Part shown: positions 12,691 through 25,100 of the stretch, piece by piece | How the letters are laid out: each line of letters begins with the position of its first letter | Position numbering within the stretch: position 1 is the stretch's first letter | NCBI GenBank assembly: GCA_002633005.1 | Contig: NMRA01000070.1 | Location: 419,872-483,871, forward strand | DNA: 64,000 nucleotides | Reading direction: 5' to 3' | DNA from: Phoronis australis | Lineage: Eukaryota > Animalia > Phoronida | The notes under the pieces: model-generated | What the model was told of the DNA's origin: nothing | The model's input: the letters and a program-made list of their open reading frames with translations, nothing else | Databases searched by the model: none | Program-made: the position numbers and the translations under genes

Positions 12691-15185
12691 ACAACACATT
12701 GATGGATTGTTCGCTGTACAGGAACAGTTGCCGTGATACTAATCGTCCAATGCCTCGCATGCCATTCATGAGTCAGTTTGAAATAAAAAGTAAAAATGCC
12801 ACGTCTGGGCAGGGTTCTGATATAATGCTTCACAACTACATGTCTTGTAAACTAGAAAACCCTAACCCAGAACTATTTAAGAATAGAGTTTCAATAGCAC
12901 AAATAATTTATTTATAAATTTAAATGATGATCATAATAATATTCTAAATATATACCAGTTGCGAAAAATATTCAGGTCAATCAATTCCTGACATTGAAAC
13001 AATATAGAAACTTGCCATTCTATAAGAAAGACACATTAACATCTAGCGAGCAAAAAGTTGGTTAGAAATCACAGAACAACTGCACAGCACACAACGAAAC
13101 ATGCTGTGATTTTGTGCACAGAACAATCAACTGATTGACAACAATAGACATACAGTCTCCCAACTGGAGACTAGTTGTCTGAGGCTTTCAGAACTTAAAG
13201 ATCAAACTACATCCTGCAATGACCCTTAGGGATGTCTTTGAAGCAGCAGTCATGATGTTTGTGATAAACAACAGTGAGGTCATTTAAGCACCACTTATTA
13301 ATTAGTAAGTTGTATCACAGAATATATTCACTTTGGTAAAATCTCACTTATTTCGGAGGAAAAAAATGCTAAAATTGGTCCTTTACATTTTTCCAACTGA
13401 GTGACCACAATTTTTCAGAATCATTACCTGCCGGTAGTTGAGATACAGATGTTAACAATGATGCAGGTTTAATTTGGTGTTGCTTCGGTTTTATGTAAGT
13501 TCATTAAAAATTGTGTGCTAAATTGGAGAGACTGTACTGGAACACAACACCACTACCAAATAACTGATATGTACACTGTAGGACCTTATCAACCAGTATG
13601 TACATTTAGCTAAATATTTACAAACCTAATGAATTTAACTCAGCAAAAGTATACGTTTTCTGAAAGTATAAATTCCATAGAACTTATTTTTTGACTTCAT
13701 ACTAATCTGACACCAATTAGGTCAAATTGACCTTGTTTTTTAAGGAAAACTTTACAAAAAAGAAAAGTACATTCATAACAAAACAACTGGATCAATAACA
13801 TGACCAAATTTCGTATGATATAAATGTTCAAGATAAAATCTAACAAACGCTATTACAGATTTCTAAATTATCTTTGTGTTTTTGTTTCATGCAACTTTAA
13901 AATGATTTCATAACAATCACATTAGTCTTATTTTTGATAACCCCTGAAGAACATTTTAAAAACAATTCCCAATAGCGTTTTATAGAACAATGTATAAAGC
14001 TAAGTATTTGAAAGTTTCATGTAAATCCAAACAAGGCATTTCCAAGATACAATGTTCCAAAGTTGGCCAAAATTGGACATTTATGGAGAGTCCTACATAT
14101 CTTTGTGAAGTTTTTAATTGAAAAGAAGCAGAAAGACTATCTTTAAGTCATTTAGGCTTGGAAGGGGTGACTGCTAGGCATAGGGGCTTAGAATGTTGTG
14201 GGCTGTTGTAACACATGGGGGTCATTCAAACACAATAGGCGCCCTGTGAAATTGACATGCAAGGTCAGTTCTTTGGAAACTTTACTCTCACAGCTGGACT
14301 GTGTACCTATACATAGCTTAGCAAAGGGTTTATGGTCCAGGCTGAGATGGCAAAATTGCTTTGTTAACCCCTATGGATAGCTGAATAGGTGAGCCCAGAA
14401 TGCCAGATCTGAATGCGGAAACAAAATGAATATGAACAAAAAGTACACTACAACTTGTGCTGTGCAGAATTGAAACATCTGCCATGTCACATAATACTAG
14501 AACATCTTTGCTGCTCACACACCACATATTTCAGAATTCAAAGCTACGATAAAATCTCACCAATTTCTGATGAAATTGTCAACATGCTATGAACATTCCC
14601 ACTAAATAAAATTGGTTCTAACCCCGGTGTTTAAGATAACAGGCGGGGTATGGAAAATTGAACTAGACCGTATTTATCCACCTTGGCTGAGACGCGCTCG
14701 GCTCATGCTCAAAGGGATGCCGCCAAGCTGCTCTATTCATCGAGTCACGAGCGAGGATAATTGACTTCGCTCATGCGGATATGATCAGCTGATTACAGTC
14801 TAGCCTAACAACTGTACTTTTTATGGAGAGAATTTTACGTAGTTTTTACTGTAATANCTCACCAATTTCTGATGAAATTGTCAAAACTGACCTTTTTTAA
14901 ATTTTCACGGGATTTTAACAATGTTGTGAATGCCCACAATACTTTAAAAAATTGTCTGATAGTAAATATGCTACAAGATTTGAACATGGAAAACTGCTTA
15001 TATCTGTGCTACATATCTTTCACCGAATCATGAGAAAATAAACATCACGTGTCGACCATGTTGCGTCCTAAACTGACGAGATTTTACTATATTTGCGCAA
15101 AAACAAAAAAGACCTCTGGGTAATTACACAGCAACAAATTCAGACATGTAAGTGTTTAGCAGTTTTGGTCTGCAGGAGCAAAATA

Positions 15186-18100
15186 TCAGTTATACTTTTT
15201 CAGGACGCCATTTTCAGCTCCTGCTGGAGGACGAGACAGCTTATCCCATGCTTGGATAATCAGAATAGATGGCACCACTATCCAAATACCATTCATGAAC
15301 ACGAAATAAAACCAGAAGTACTGAGGGTGCCACATTTCCGAGTGGGCGAATCCGTCACGGTATTCTGTGAAGAAGTACAAGACGTCACCATAGAGTTGCG
15401 CCACAGATATGACTAGCTGTAAGAGGTAACGGTGCCTGCTCCTCCCAAGAAAAGCGAACACCGCGAGAAAACACAATGGCCCCACAACAAATGCTGTTAT
15501 ACTCTCCATACACACAGCAAAGTTGTCAGAACTGAAAGGATAAAAGAGCATAGCGTCAACACGACTATTGTTTTTGCAGATTAAACTTTCACAATAACAC
15601 ACAAAATGCATTCCAGTTGGGTCTGAGGAAAGCCAGCAGAGATCACCATAAGCAGTTATAACCAACCTAATTATAACCAACCCAATTATAACCAACCCAA
15701 TTATAACCAACCCAATTATAAGCAATCCAATCACTTTGTGTTTTGACTTGGGCAAAGCGCCTTGTACAGTAAATGCCAAAAGTATTTAGACAAAATGAAA
15801 CGAAATTCTCCATCATAACGACTGAGCAGAAGTACAATTCATCATCCAAGTAGACTTCCCTAATGTCTGAGGATACAGGGGAATTGATAGTAGAGTTAGC
15901 AAAGCGGCCAAGCCATTCTGTAATTAGACTTTTGATGTCTGAACAGTCATTACCAGTCATGTTGTGGTCTGCTTACGATAATTCTCCACCACATAATTCT
16001 CACAAAAATAATTGCCAAAATTGTAATTTTCCATTTTCAAAGTCTGATTAATTAACAGCAAATACTGGCTGGAAAATTAACAGAAAGTTGTTTTATGTTG
16101 TCTACACAGCACAAACTGCATGTTAGAGAAGGACTAACATTTTTTAAATCTTATAATCTTTATTTTTGTCGACATAGTTGTGAACTAAATAAGTGAATAA
16201 TTATCTTACTTTTGTCTTGCACCGACTGTAGTTCATTACTATCAATGACGATAGGCAGATCCAGGGGATCAAGTGGGTCTGGACTCTGGACCCCCTTTCT
16301 CCCTTGATATTGGTGTTATCAAATCTAGAATTTTTAAATTGACTTGAACCCCCTTTTAAAAAATCCTTGATCTCAACCCCTATAAAAATCCTGGATCCGC
16401 ACTTGATGACCTTTGCTCAGTTAAAACTGAGAGTATAAACAATATCAACTAAAGACTTGTAGTCAAATGCCAGTTTCTGACTAATCGAGTTCACTTATGA
16501 ACATCTGCACTAAACAATGGAGCCAGAGCGAGCCATCCTTCAGATGCCGTCAACCTTGAACACTATTTAGAGAAAGATATCCCTGCAATAGGTGAGCAAG
16601 TCAGATTGAAGCTTCCTCCGGGCCTTAAGCCATAAAGCCATAGGAGCCCTTGCACCCCATCCCCCAGTGGTCAGCATTTTATTGTTCCCCTTTCTCCCGC
16701 CAAAATTTCTACCCCCAAGTTTTTCAAATAGCGTTCATGAGACAATGATGCAAGGATCTTGACTTGCGAGGGTCCCTAAGCTGTAGCTATCTGGCAATGT
16801 ACCTGAATGTACAATTCCAGAATGTCTAGTCACATGTCCAAAAGATCAAAAGATGGCAGCCCCTGCAGTATATATAATTGTGATATAAAAGGGTAATAGT
16901 CGGATATAACATGCCCACATTTTGAGAACCAGTTTTCTGGGCATCAAACTGCTTCTCAGCATATATCACATCCTGTCAGACTATTGCTGATTAGTAAAAA
17001 ACACAAATATTTTCATTATAATGCTGTGTGAACACATGCCAAGATTATTTTTATATCACAATCATAATCACGGACACATTGAAAATTCTCCGGTATGACT
17101 TACCTGATGTATCTGCTGTCCCCCTTTCCATATTCCTTCCCTAAAAGACAAACCATCCAGGTTAAATTTATGATATATGCTGCAAGGAGCTCACGGCAAG
17201 AATGGAAGGTTTATGACTGGTAAGCCCCGATTGGATGAACAGGGTGGGCATTACACTGAGCATGATCGTTTACAATATTGAAAATTTGTAACTTTCACGG
17301 GTGGGTGTTAAGTTGAACATCGGGTAAATCACAATCAAGGTCCACATTCAAGAGTTGACTGTATTACGGACTAAAATAAAATTTTCTGGATCTCGTATGC
17401 AAATGGTTATTTAGTTGTGCAAAATAAAAAAGCAATTGTCAAAATCAGACCATGTTTTGAGAAATTTATGCATTTTTTGCCTCTGAATTTCATACACTTT
17501 TAGCATTATGAGTGGCCATTTAAAAATTCCAATTATCATGAATCAGCAGTAGAAAAGAAACTTATTTTATTAAGTAAGCAGTTGTTTCGATATGACTAGG
17601 AATAACACAAGTCACTTACAGAATCACTTAGATGAAGTTGTGCTTAATCATTGAGAAATGGTAGGGTTCATTCTAAAACAAAATTTGTAATGTCTGTGTT
17701 TCTAACCCTCATCTACTGTAAAAAAACTTAAAAAGAAAAGTTGACACTCTATAATAAAAAGAACTGCAGAATATATGTTAGCCTAGACAACACAGCAAAT
17801 TATTCAGCATCTAAACAAACCAAAAGTTTGGATATTAATTGGGTTCTATACATGTAGAAAAAGGGCCAAAAGGTTAACAAAATGTAGTGTACGAACCTCC
17901 AAGTGCAACTCAGTAACACAGATGGTGATTGCAAATGAAATTATTGCTTTTTAAATAAAAACATGGTGCTTATTATCATCAAAGAATAATAAATGGCCAT
18001 TCAGTATAATTTTTTCCAACCATGCAAAAATTATGATGTAGTGTTCGTACCCCTTTTTGTAATGTATGTACCCTGATGTTTACAAGTATCATGAAACTAA

Positions 18101-18902
18101 AATATTACTTGGTGAATGAGCAACGTTGGTCACAGGCAGTTTAATCCCTTAAAAATGTTAGGTTAATAGGTTGTTTATAACAAATACTTTTGTTTTGAGT
18201 GAAATACTAGCATTTGTGTGGTGTACGTATCCCTGTATTTTAACACGTGCCTATTTCCAAAGAGTGACAGATATGCAAATGAATGCTCTACTTTTTATTT
18301 GCTCTCTATGAATACACATGGTGAATGAACAACGATAGAATTGGGTTGTAGCAACAAGCTGTAGTGCACGTACCTTTTTATACAATTGTGATGCATCAGG
18401 CCATAAAATTTTATTCGGTGGTTCTTGTGCAAAAATATTTTAGATTACAAATCTGGAATGATGGTACTTTAAATTAACCCAGCTTTTATAGTTATATGAC
18501 AACCTTCATTTTTCACCAAAAGTGGCCGCCTAATATAGACCTTAATTGTAATTCACCTGACATGGTCGTTAACTGGGAGGAGCATGGTAACTATGAATAG
18601 TGTGCATTATACTCACAGACTTGTGCAAGGAAAGACATGTCTTGAGGCATGTTAGCGTGGAAAAGGCCAAAGTACCCCTCTAGGAATGTATGGATCAGTC
18701 CACACATCATGAACCAACACAAAACAAGTCTACGGCCAACGCAGAATCCTAGACTGGCGGCATACATCCACGTAAGCACCATGGCTGCACCAACGGCACC
18801 GAAGAACACCCCGAGTATCTGGGTCACTGTTAAGTCATTGGGAACGTAGTTTGGCAGGACCAAGTCCCTTGGGAAATATGGGTGAGAGATTGCACCTGAC
18901 AT
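15186..18902 (-). CDS. EBP: 3-beta-hydroxysteroid delta8-delta7 isomerase (emopamil-binding protein), 222 aa
   Basis: Exons 18902-18617, 17140-17104 (37 nt) and 15531-15186 total 669 nt in frame. The protein has HPYFPRDLVL, WFMMCGLIHTFLEGYF, WKEYGKGDSRY, CMESITAFVVGP, QLYGDVLYF, YFWFYFVFMNGIWIVVP and a C-terminal KKYN (KKxx ER-retrieval signal). An acceptor at 18916-18917 implies an upstream 5' UTR exon. Confidence 0.96.
15656..15730. repeat. 15-bp tandem repeat (TTATAACCAACCCAA) x5 in an EBP intron
   Basis: Seen directly. It produces the spurious IIGLV and YNWVG repeats in the ORF track. Confidence 0.9.
16252..16404. mobile_element. MITE (GGC(A/G)GATCCAGG...CCTGGATCCGC family)
   Basis: Inverted ends ggcagatccagg ... 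cctggatccgc. Same end style as 2262-2470. Confidence 0.55.
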
Positions 18903-21900
18903 CTGGTGGTGTGGTCTACAAAGGAAAAATGAAATCGTTAATGTCTTATGGCAACATGCACTTTCACACTACGCTAATATTTTCTGGCAAAAGCGTACTA
19001 TCCACATACTCCTATTTTAATGAAGTAGAAAATTAATGTGCATCACTCGCAGACCTACTTTGATGACGCTACCCATCTTTATATCCCGTACTGGAAATGA
19101 CTGAGGCCATAAAACATATTGATCCGTTGTACATACTCACAGATCACAAAATTTTTGCTCGACTGGTGGAAGAATCCATAACAAGTATCAACTGGTCGCC
19201 CAGATAGGAGACCATTTGCTGAGATACATGAAAAGAATTCTACAAATTCAGATTAAACCCAGTTTAATGGGTTTACTAATCATTGTTCGAATCTATAGTC
19301 CAACAACAAGTTGGGAAGATGACCCCCGAGAGCCAATTGTCTTACACGACTGATTAACTCCATTCTGGTGTTTATGGTTGGAGGACCAGCCCTCTTTTGT
19401 TAGATAATTGCTCTAATATCCAATGAGATGGTACCTAGCCTGACTGGGCTATGCTGCTAAAAATAAGTTATAAGATATTTGAACATAAACCAATAGCATT
19501 TCTGAATTCCTCGTCAAATTCTGATCACGTTTAGTTTTTGAATCGCCAAAATCACTCAACTACTACCGAAGTTACGATAACCTATTCTTTCCGAACATAT
19601 GCTAATTTGCTCTGGGTTTGGCTGTGTTCACACGTAGTCTGTAATAAGCCTTATAGATAATTGGCCTGCCTGTTGTCATACCAGGCAAAAGACTGTGCTT
19701 GGCAGTATTATCTACCAGGCTTATTGCAGACCACCTGTGAACACAGGTCAGGCCAGAGCGAACTTGGTACGTTTGGACAGAGTAGATTGTCGTAAATTCG
19801 GTTGTAGTTGGGCGATTTTGTCGATTCCAAAAACTAAACATGATCAGCATTTGACAAGGAATTCAGAAATGCTATTGGTTTATGTTCAAATATGTTATAA
19901 CTTAACTTTTATTTTTAACAACAAAGCCCAGTCAGTCTATAGATACAATCTTATTGAAGCAATTACCGAATAAAAGAGAGCTGGCCCTCCAACTATAGTT
20001 GGGTCATACCACACAACAGCACAGGCAGTGCAACTGCTTACCTATGCCTGGCCAGTACTTACCAACTCCAACTCCAACCCCAACAAGCTGTACCCCAATA
20101 AGGGAATACATCTTTACTTTCAAGTTTGTACTCCATGCCATGAATAATACGCTTACACAAAAGTCTCGCATTTTTAAAGATATGCGCGACTTTTCACCGC
20201 TTGTCCTTCTGAGCGGCTTTTACTGGGATTACTAAGAGAGCGTGGTGCCAGAGTCAGACTCAATTGCGATGACCGCATTGTGAGAGCAAGACCAAATTAA
20301 GTGTAATTACCTGACCATAAACTACAGTAAACATCTCTGCCTGTATATACAGGCAAATTTTCAAAATGCATTAACCAACAGTTTTCGTTAAAAACAAATA
20401 CCATAGCTGTATTCAGATGGAAAAAACAACCAAGTTTGGTTAACGATTTTTAAAAATTGATAAACTATTAAGCTAAAAACTATAAGCATTGGGTGCGATT
20501 GAAGACTCGACTATGCGTATTGATATACTCGGTGATTTGCAAACGTTTATCAGAAACAATATCACGTGGATTATTCTTTTAATATACAACTAAGCTACAA
20601 TAAAACATCTATAAACAACACACAGTGACTAAATTATAGATGTCAATAACTTTTGAAACATCGCTTATAGCTCAGTGCATGCCGAACTACTTTTACTCCA
20701 GGAGCCGAGTAGTACACTAACCGGAAAACTGCTATTCGCGGGAATGCGTTTCGATAGTTAGCTTGTAGTTGTAATGGATCACCTGTGAAGACAACTAAGA
20801 TGGCTAGCTTTGTAATCAACTAGAGCTTAGAGTGCAAGCAGTGGATGAGGTTGGTGGGTGGACAAGTCATAGTGGCTGCCAGGTTTCATTTTTTACATAA
20901 CGCTAAATTGTCGTGAGAGACGGTCCAGAGTTGGTACATATGGTGCAACTCTGGACGGTCTGAGGTCAACAGAAAACCACAGTTCAACTGTGTGTCTACA
21001 CCAATGTGATTAACGAGAATGGTTCTACTTGCTGCGTCAGCTGCAGGTATGCTTTTCTCTTTTATGACACACAATGTGTGACTGGGCAAAGTGTTTTCAA
21101 AATAATGTGGATAAATCAGTGGAGTGTGAGACCCCTGAGGTCCCTGTCAAGTCCTCATGACAATTCTACCTTATGTGACTGAGCAACTTAAAAGCTAGAA
21201 TAGTTATGTACTTACTCATGCAACCAAGATTGTCCAGAGGTTCCAAATTTTCAGTTTGGCTATTACCATATTTGCACTTCTGTATATATATTTTATGATT
21301 TGAGTCCTAATAAAAATTGAACTTGAACTAATGGCACGTGTAGTTTTGTTTGCTGAGTGACATGTTTGGTATAGCTGTGAAATTCAGGGATGGGTTCATT
21401 AACTGACTTCTAAGTTGTTTTGATACTTCGTTTAAACACAAAATAAAATGATAGCAACCCGTGAGAAAAAAACAAGTAGACAGGAGCATTAGACTAGAGT
21501 AATGAAAACAGTAGGCCTATAAACAAATTTAAAACCAGCGTTCCTTTGGGACTAAAGTGGCCTTTGTCAAGATCAACGCAAATTAACTTTTTAGTCTTTA
21601 GTTAGCTCAGATCTCAATCAATACAAAGGGGAACTGAATAGGCTCCATGAGTTGTCTGGGGCTTAGGGAATCAGAGCGGACGTGACCAGTGTAAGGCGAG
21701 AAATTCTCCACATTGAGAGCTGACAGTCGTACAGCTAGCTGACTGGCTAGGATGATACTTGCTCCGTATTTCGCTGCCCTAAAAGATATAACTATTGATG
21801 ATGTTGGTCTACTTACATTTAACAGTACTGCAAGACAAGTCAGTAAATCTGTCAGCGATTCACTGGATCGGCAATCGTTTGATCATATGCCGCTTGCAGA

Positions 21901-21961
21901 CGCTCTAGCTCAGGCTATATGTCGTTCGATAGCCCAGACCAATCCAACTTCAACTTCACTT

Positions 21962-22025
21962 TGAACTTTGACCTTTCAACTGAAACGTTTTCTACACCAG
22001 GTAGCGCAACGCGATAAACGGAAGT
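21962..22025. promoter_or_regulatory. Candidate BAP1/EBP promoter elements: nuclear-receptor DR1 and ETS site
   Basis: TGAACTTTGACCT at 21962-21974 (reverse complement AGGTCA-A-AGTTCA, a DR1) and ACGGAAGT at 22018-22025 lie 115-175 bp upstream of the BAP1 ATG. Function is inferred only. Confidence 0.35.
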
Positions 22026-22138
22026 TGGGGAAAGGCATCGAAGTCAAAGACAACGAAGGCGATACTGTTCACTCGGACAAAGGGATAATTGGCCCCGTTT
22101 GGGTGTACATGAAACTGTGGTATGATGCTATCTGAAAC

Positions 22139-25100
22139 ATGAACAAAGACTGGCTGGAACTTGAGAGTGACCCAGGTATTTATCCTCAATTTTTAAACTT
22201 TCTGCCCATTTTTGCAAACTTCGAGACTGCAAGTCAGTCAAGTGCAAGTGAACTGAAGAGTGAAGTGAAGACTGAAGTGCAGACTAGACTGAGTGGTGCA
22301 CTGCCACAACACTGTATCACAATGACAGTGTGTGACTGTTGTGATTTAATACACAGGTTCTTGTGCAGCTTACATTTACTCATATGAAAGCTTGAATACT
22401 CGCTTGAGATGAAGATTCACTGACGCAGACGTCCTGCGTGCAGCAGGGCCACACGAAGAGAGAGCCCTCATGATTCCCCAGTCACGTGACAATACTAGAA
22501 CTTACAACATCCGGCCACTGACGGAAACCCACGGACGAACACAAACACACGAGACAACACGAAAGACGAGACCACACTAACCAACATTCATAACATGAAG
22601 TTCTCAGGCGAGGGCCAGGTGCAGTCTTGAGAGCTTATTTCAATCTGTAGTAAACCATGGGCCTGTTCCAAGAAACGGACTTAAGTTCATTTTTGACTTA
22701 AGTTTAAGATTTGTCTTAGCTTCCAAACTTTGAAACTTGCTCATTCGGTTAGTCAAAATTAAGACAAAATTTATGTCAAACACTTTTAAAAGTCAAACTT
22801 AAGATCTCTTTTCTTGAGACAAATTTAACTTATATTTTAAAATTTACTGAAATTTAAGATTTGTCTTAGCTAAGTCAATTTTGTTGGAATGGGCCCCAGA
22901 TCCGTAAAGCAGGTAGCACTGCATATGCCACAACAAAGAGGCGAGGTTCTGTCTCTCCACATCTGCATGAGGTGCGTGTTTATGACTGTGATTTGCTGCT
23001 GCTTGACCTTCAATACAGACAATGAATGACACCGATCGAGGGTCATGCAGCACATCATGTGTGCCACCTAGTGGCTAGACTTACGTCACTTCTATCTATG
23101 TAACACACACTACTAGTTACTCCTTTCTTTAATTATACTTTAACTGTTTAAAAGAAGGAAATAAGCTCCCTTGGCTGCAGCACTCTCAAAACCTGTGCTA
23201 CTCACATGTGCTGTCTTAATTTTCACATGGTTTTGTGAGCAATGGCATTTCAAAGAAATTAGTTTAGTGTTCTACCTTCTCAGTTGTTTCAAAAACATTC
23301 CTGGATTGTTAGCTAATAATGTTCTGTTCTTTCACATGTCCTCCGTGAGAATTGACAGTCTCAAATTCAAGAAATCTGTTGTTGAGAGGGAGCGAGGGAG
23401 GGAGGGAGAGAAAGTTAAATATTTTTAAATCATATAAAAACATACATTGTTATATGACTGGGTGGCCAGCAAAGGCACGGGCCGCTAATAACTGACCACC
23501 GAAAAACAATAAATTGAATAGATATTAACAATCAAGAAGAACAACATAAATAACAACAGAAATAATACATGTACAGTGGAATAGGATACAATGCAAGTTA
23601 ATTAAAAGTTAAAAGTTGTAAATTAAATGTATATTTTACAAAGAATTAAACACAGATACTATTGATACAAGGGAAACCGCAGGGAGGGTTAGAAAAGCAT
23701 ATAACTAAGGTACATGTATAAGACAGGTGATCAGGGTTACTTCAATATGAAAATGCATAACAATGTAGAAAGCTACACTGGGAGTGACTCCTTCTGTTTC
23801 TGATCCAAAGAACGGAACACTGGATGACTACTCTTGTTTCCAAGTGGCATACAAGTAAAATGTAGGCCAGTAGGTTAACTGTTGGCGGCTTTTCTCAACC
23901 ATGATTCTCACCTGCACCAAGACACATTTGTAAATAGATCTATTGCAGACATTCGAGAGGAGGTAGTTACCCCTTAAAACACAACTTTGCCTATATTTTG
24001 CAAATAAACTTTGACTTTGGTACCTGCAAGGCCTATGTGAACCAAAATACAGTAGTGCCACCAGGTGCTATGGAACAGACAAAGCCGGGTTTTGAAAGTA
24101 ATCTGCAGTATATGCGGAAATGTCAGCATGTTCTACACAAATGTCTTTCCCACATGGGCCATTTTATCAACAGTACCTTTGCTCTAAAGTTAGTCTTGGT
24201 TTGAGAAAGATGCCTAAAGCTTACCTCCTGATCTGATTTTTATTTCTTTGCCATTTGGAAACAGTTACAAGAGTAAAATTGGAGGGTTCCTTGTGGCGGA
24301 AACAGAAACAGATGGAATTTTTGGCTTGGGAATATCCTTTTAATGACAAATTTCTTTAATATTGGATTGTGAAGATTCACATCTGTTCTGTTCTGCGTCT
24401 TAATTTTATGAACAGAAGAGATGATGATTATGTTATAATCTAGGTTTTTAAATAACTGTGAACGTAGAACATTGCAAATTTCTTTGAAAACCATTGCTTG
24501 CATAATCTGCGAGCAAAGGCAGCACTTATGAGTAGCACTGGTTTCTGAGTAAGTGCAGGAGTTTTATTTTATTAAAAAAACAAATCTCACATGCCTAGTA
24601 CTGCAGTATACTTTGGAACTCCATTTGCAGTTCTTTTGCAACAAAGTTTACAGGTTTGATTTGAATGTATGGTTCTCGCTTGCCATTTTGCAATTGCTTC
24701 TTGGTTTGGTAGCTTGGCTCACACGCCGTACCCGATTCGAATCTCAGTACACTCAGATGGATTTTAGTACTTTGCCACCCAACAATGGTCAGATCCACGA
24801 GATGGAGATGCACTACTCTTACAGTGACACAGCGTTACAAAGCCTCTCTAATTCACTTGCTATTAGGCAGTTGTCTCGTTGCAGAATTTTCGGATGCTTG
24901 GCTCACATGCCAGAGAAATCTAGGTTGATACCAAATTGTAGAGTGCCTGACCACCGGTTGTTTTTTGTAACCCCGGCATTCAAATGACCCCTGCCATGTC
25001 CATTACACAGCGATTAACAAGAAACACAACCTGTTTTATGTCTATTATTTACGTCACACTCCTAGTTTTGGGCATAACAAATAGAACTACAAGTTTGTCA

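Noticed and set aside
14560-14580. CTGATGA as a possible hammerhead ribozyme core (also at about 40014 and 48385)
   Set aside because: I could not find stem II followed by GAAA with compatible stems I and III.
15532-15960. ORF-track peptides with IIGLV and YNWVG repeats upstream of the EBP last exon
   Set aside because: These translate a 15-bp intronic tandem repeat. The true exon begins at the acceptor next to 15531.
22176-22387. Read-through ORF continuing from BAP1 exon 1
   Set aside because: Homology stops at the conserved GT donor at 22176, and the remainder is low-complexity intron.
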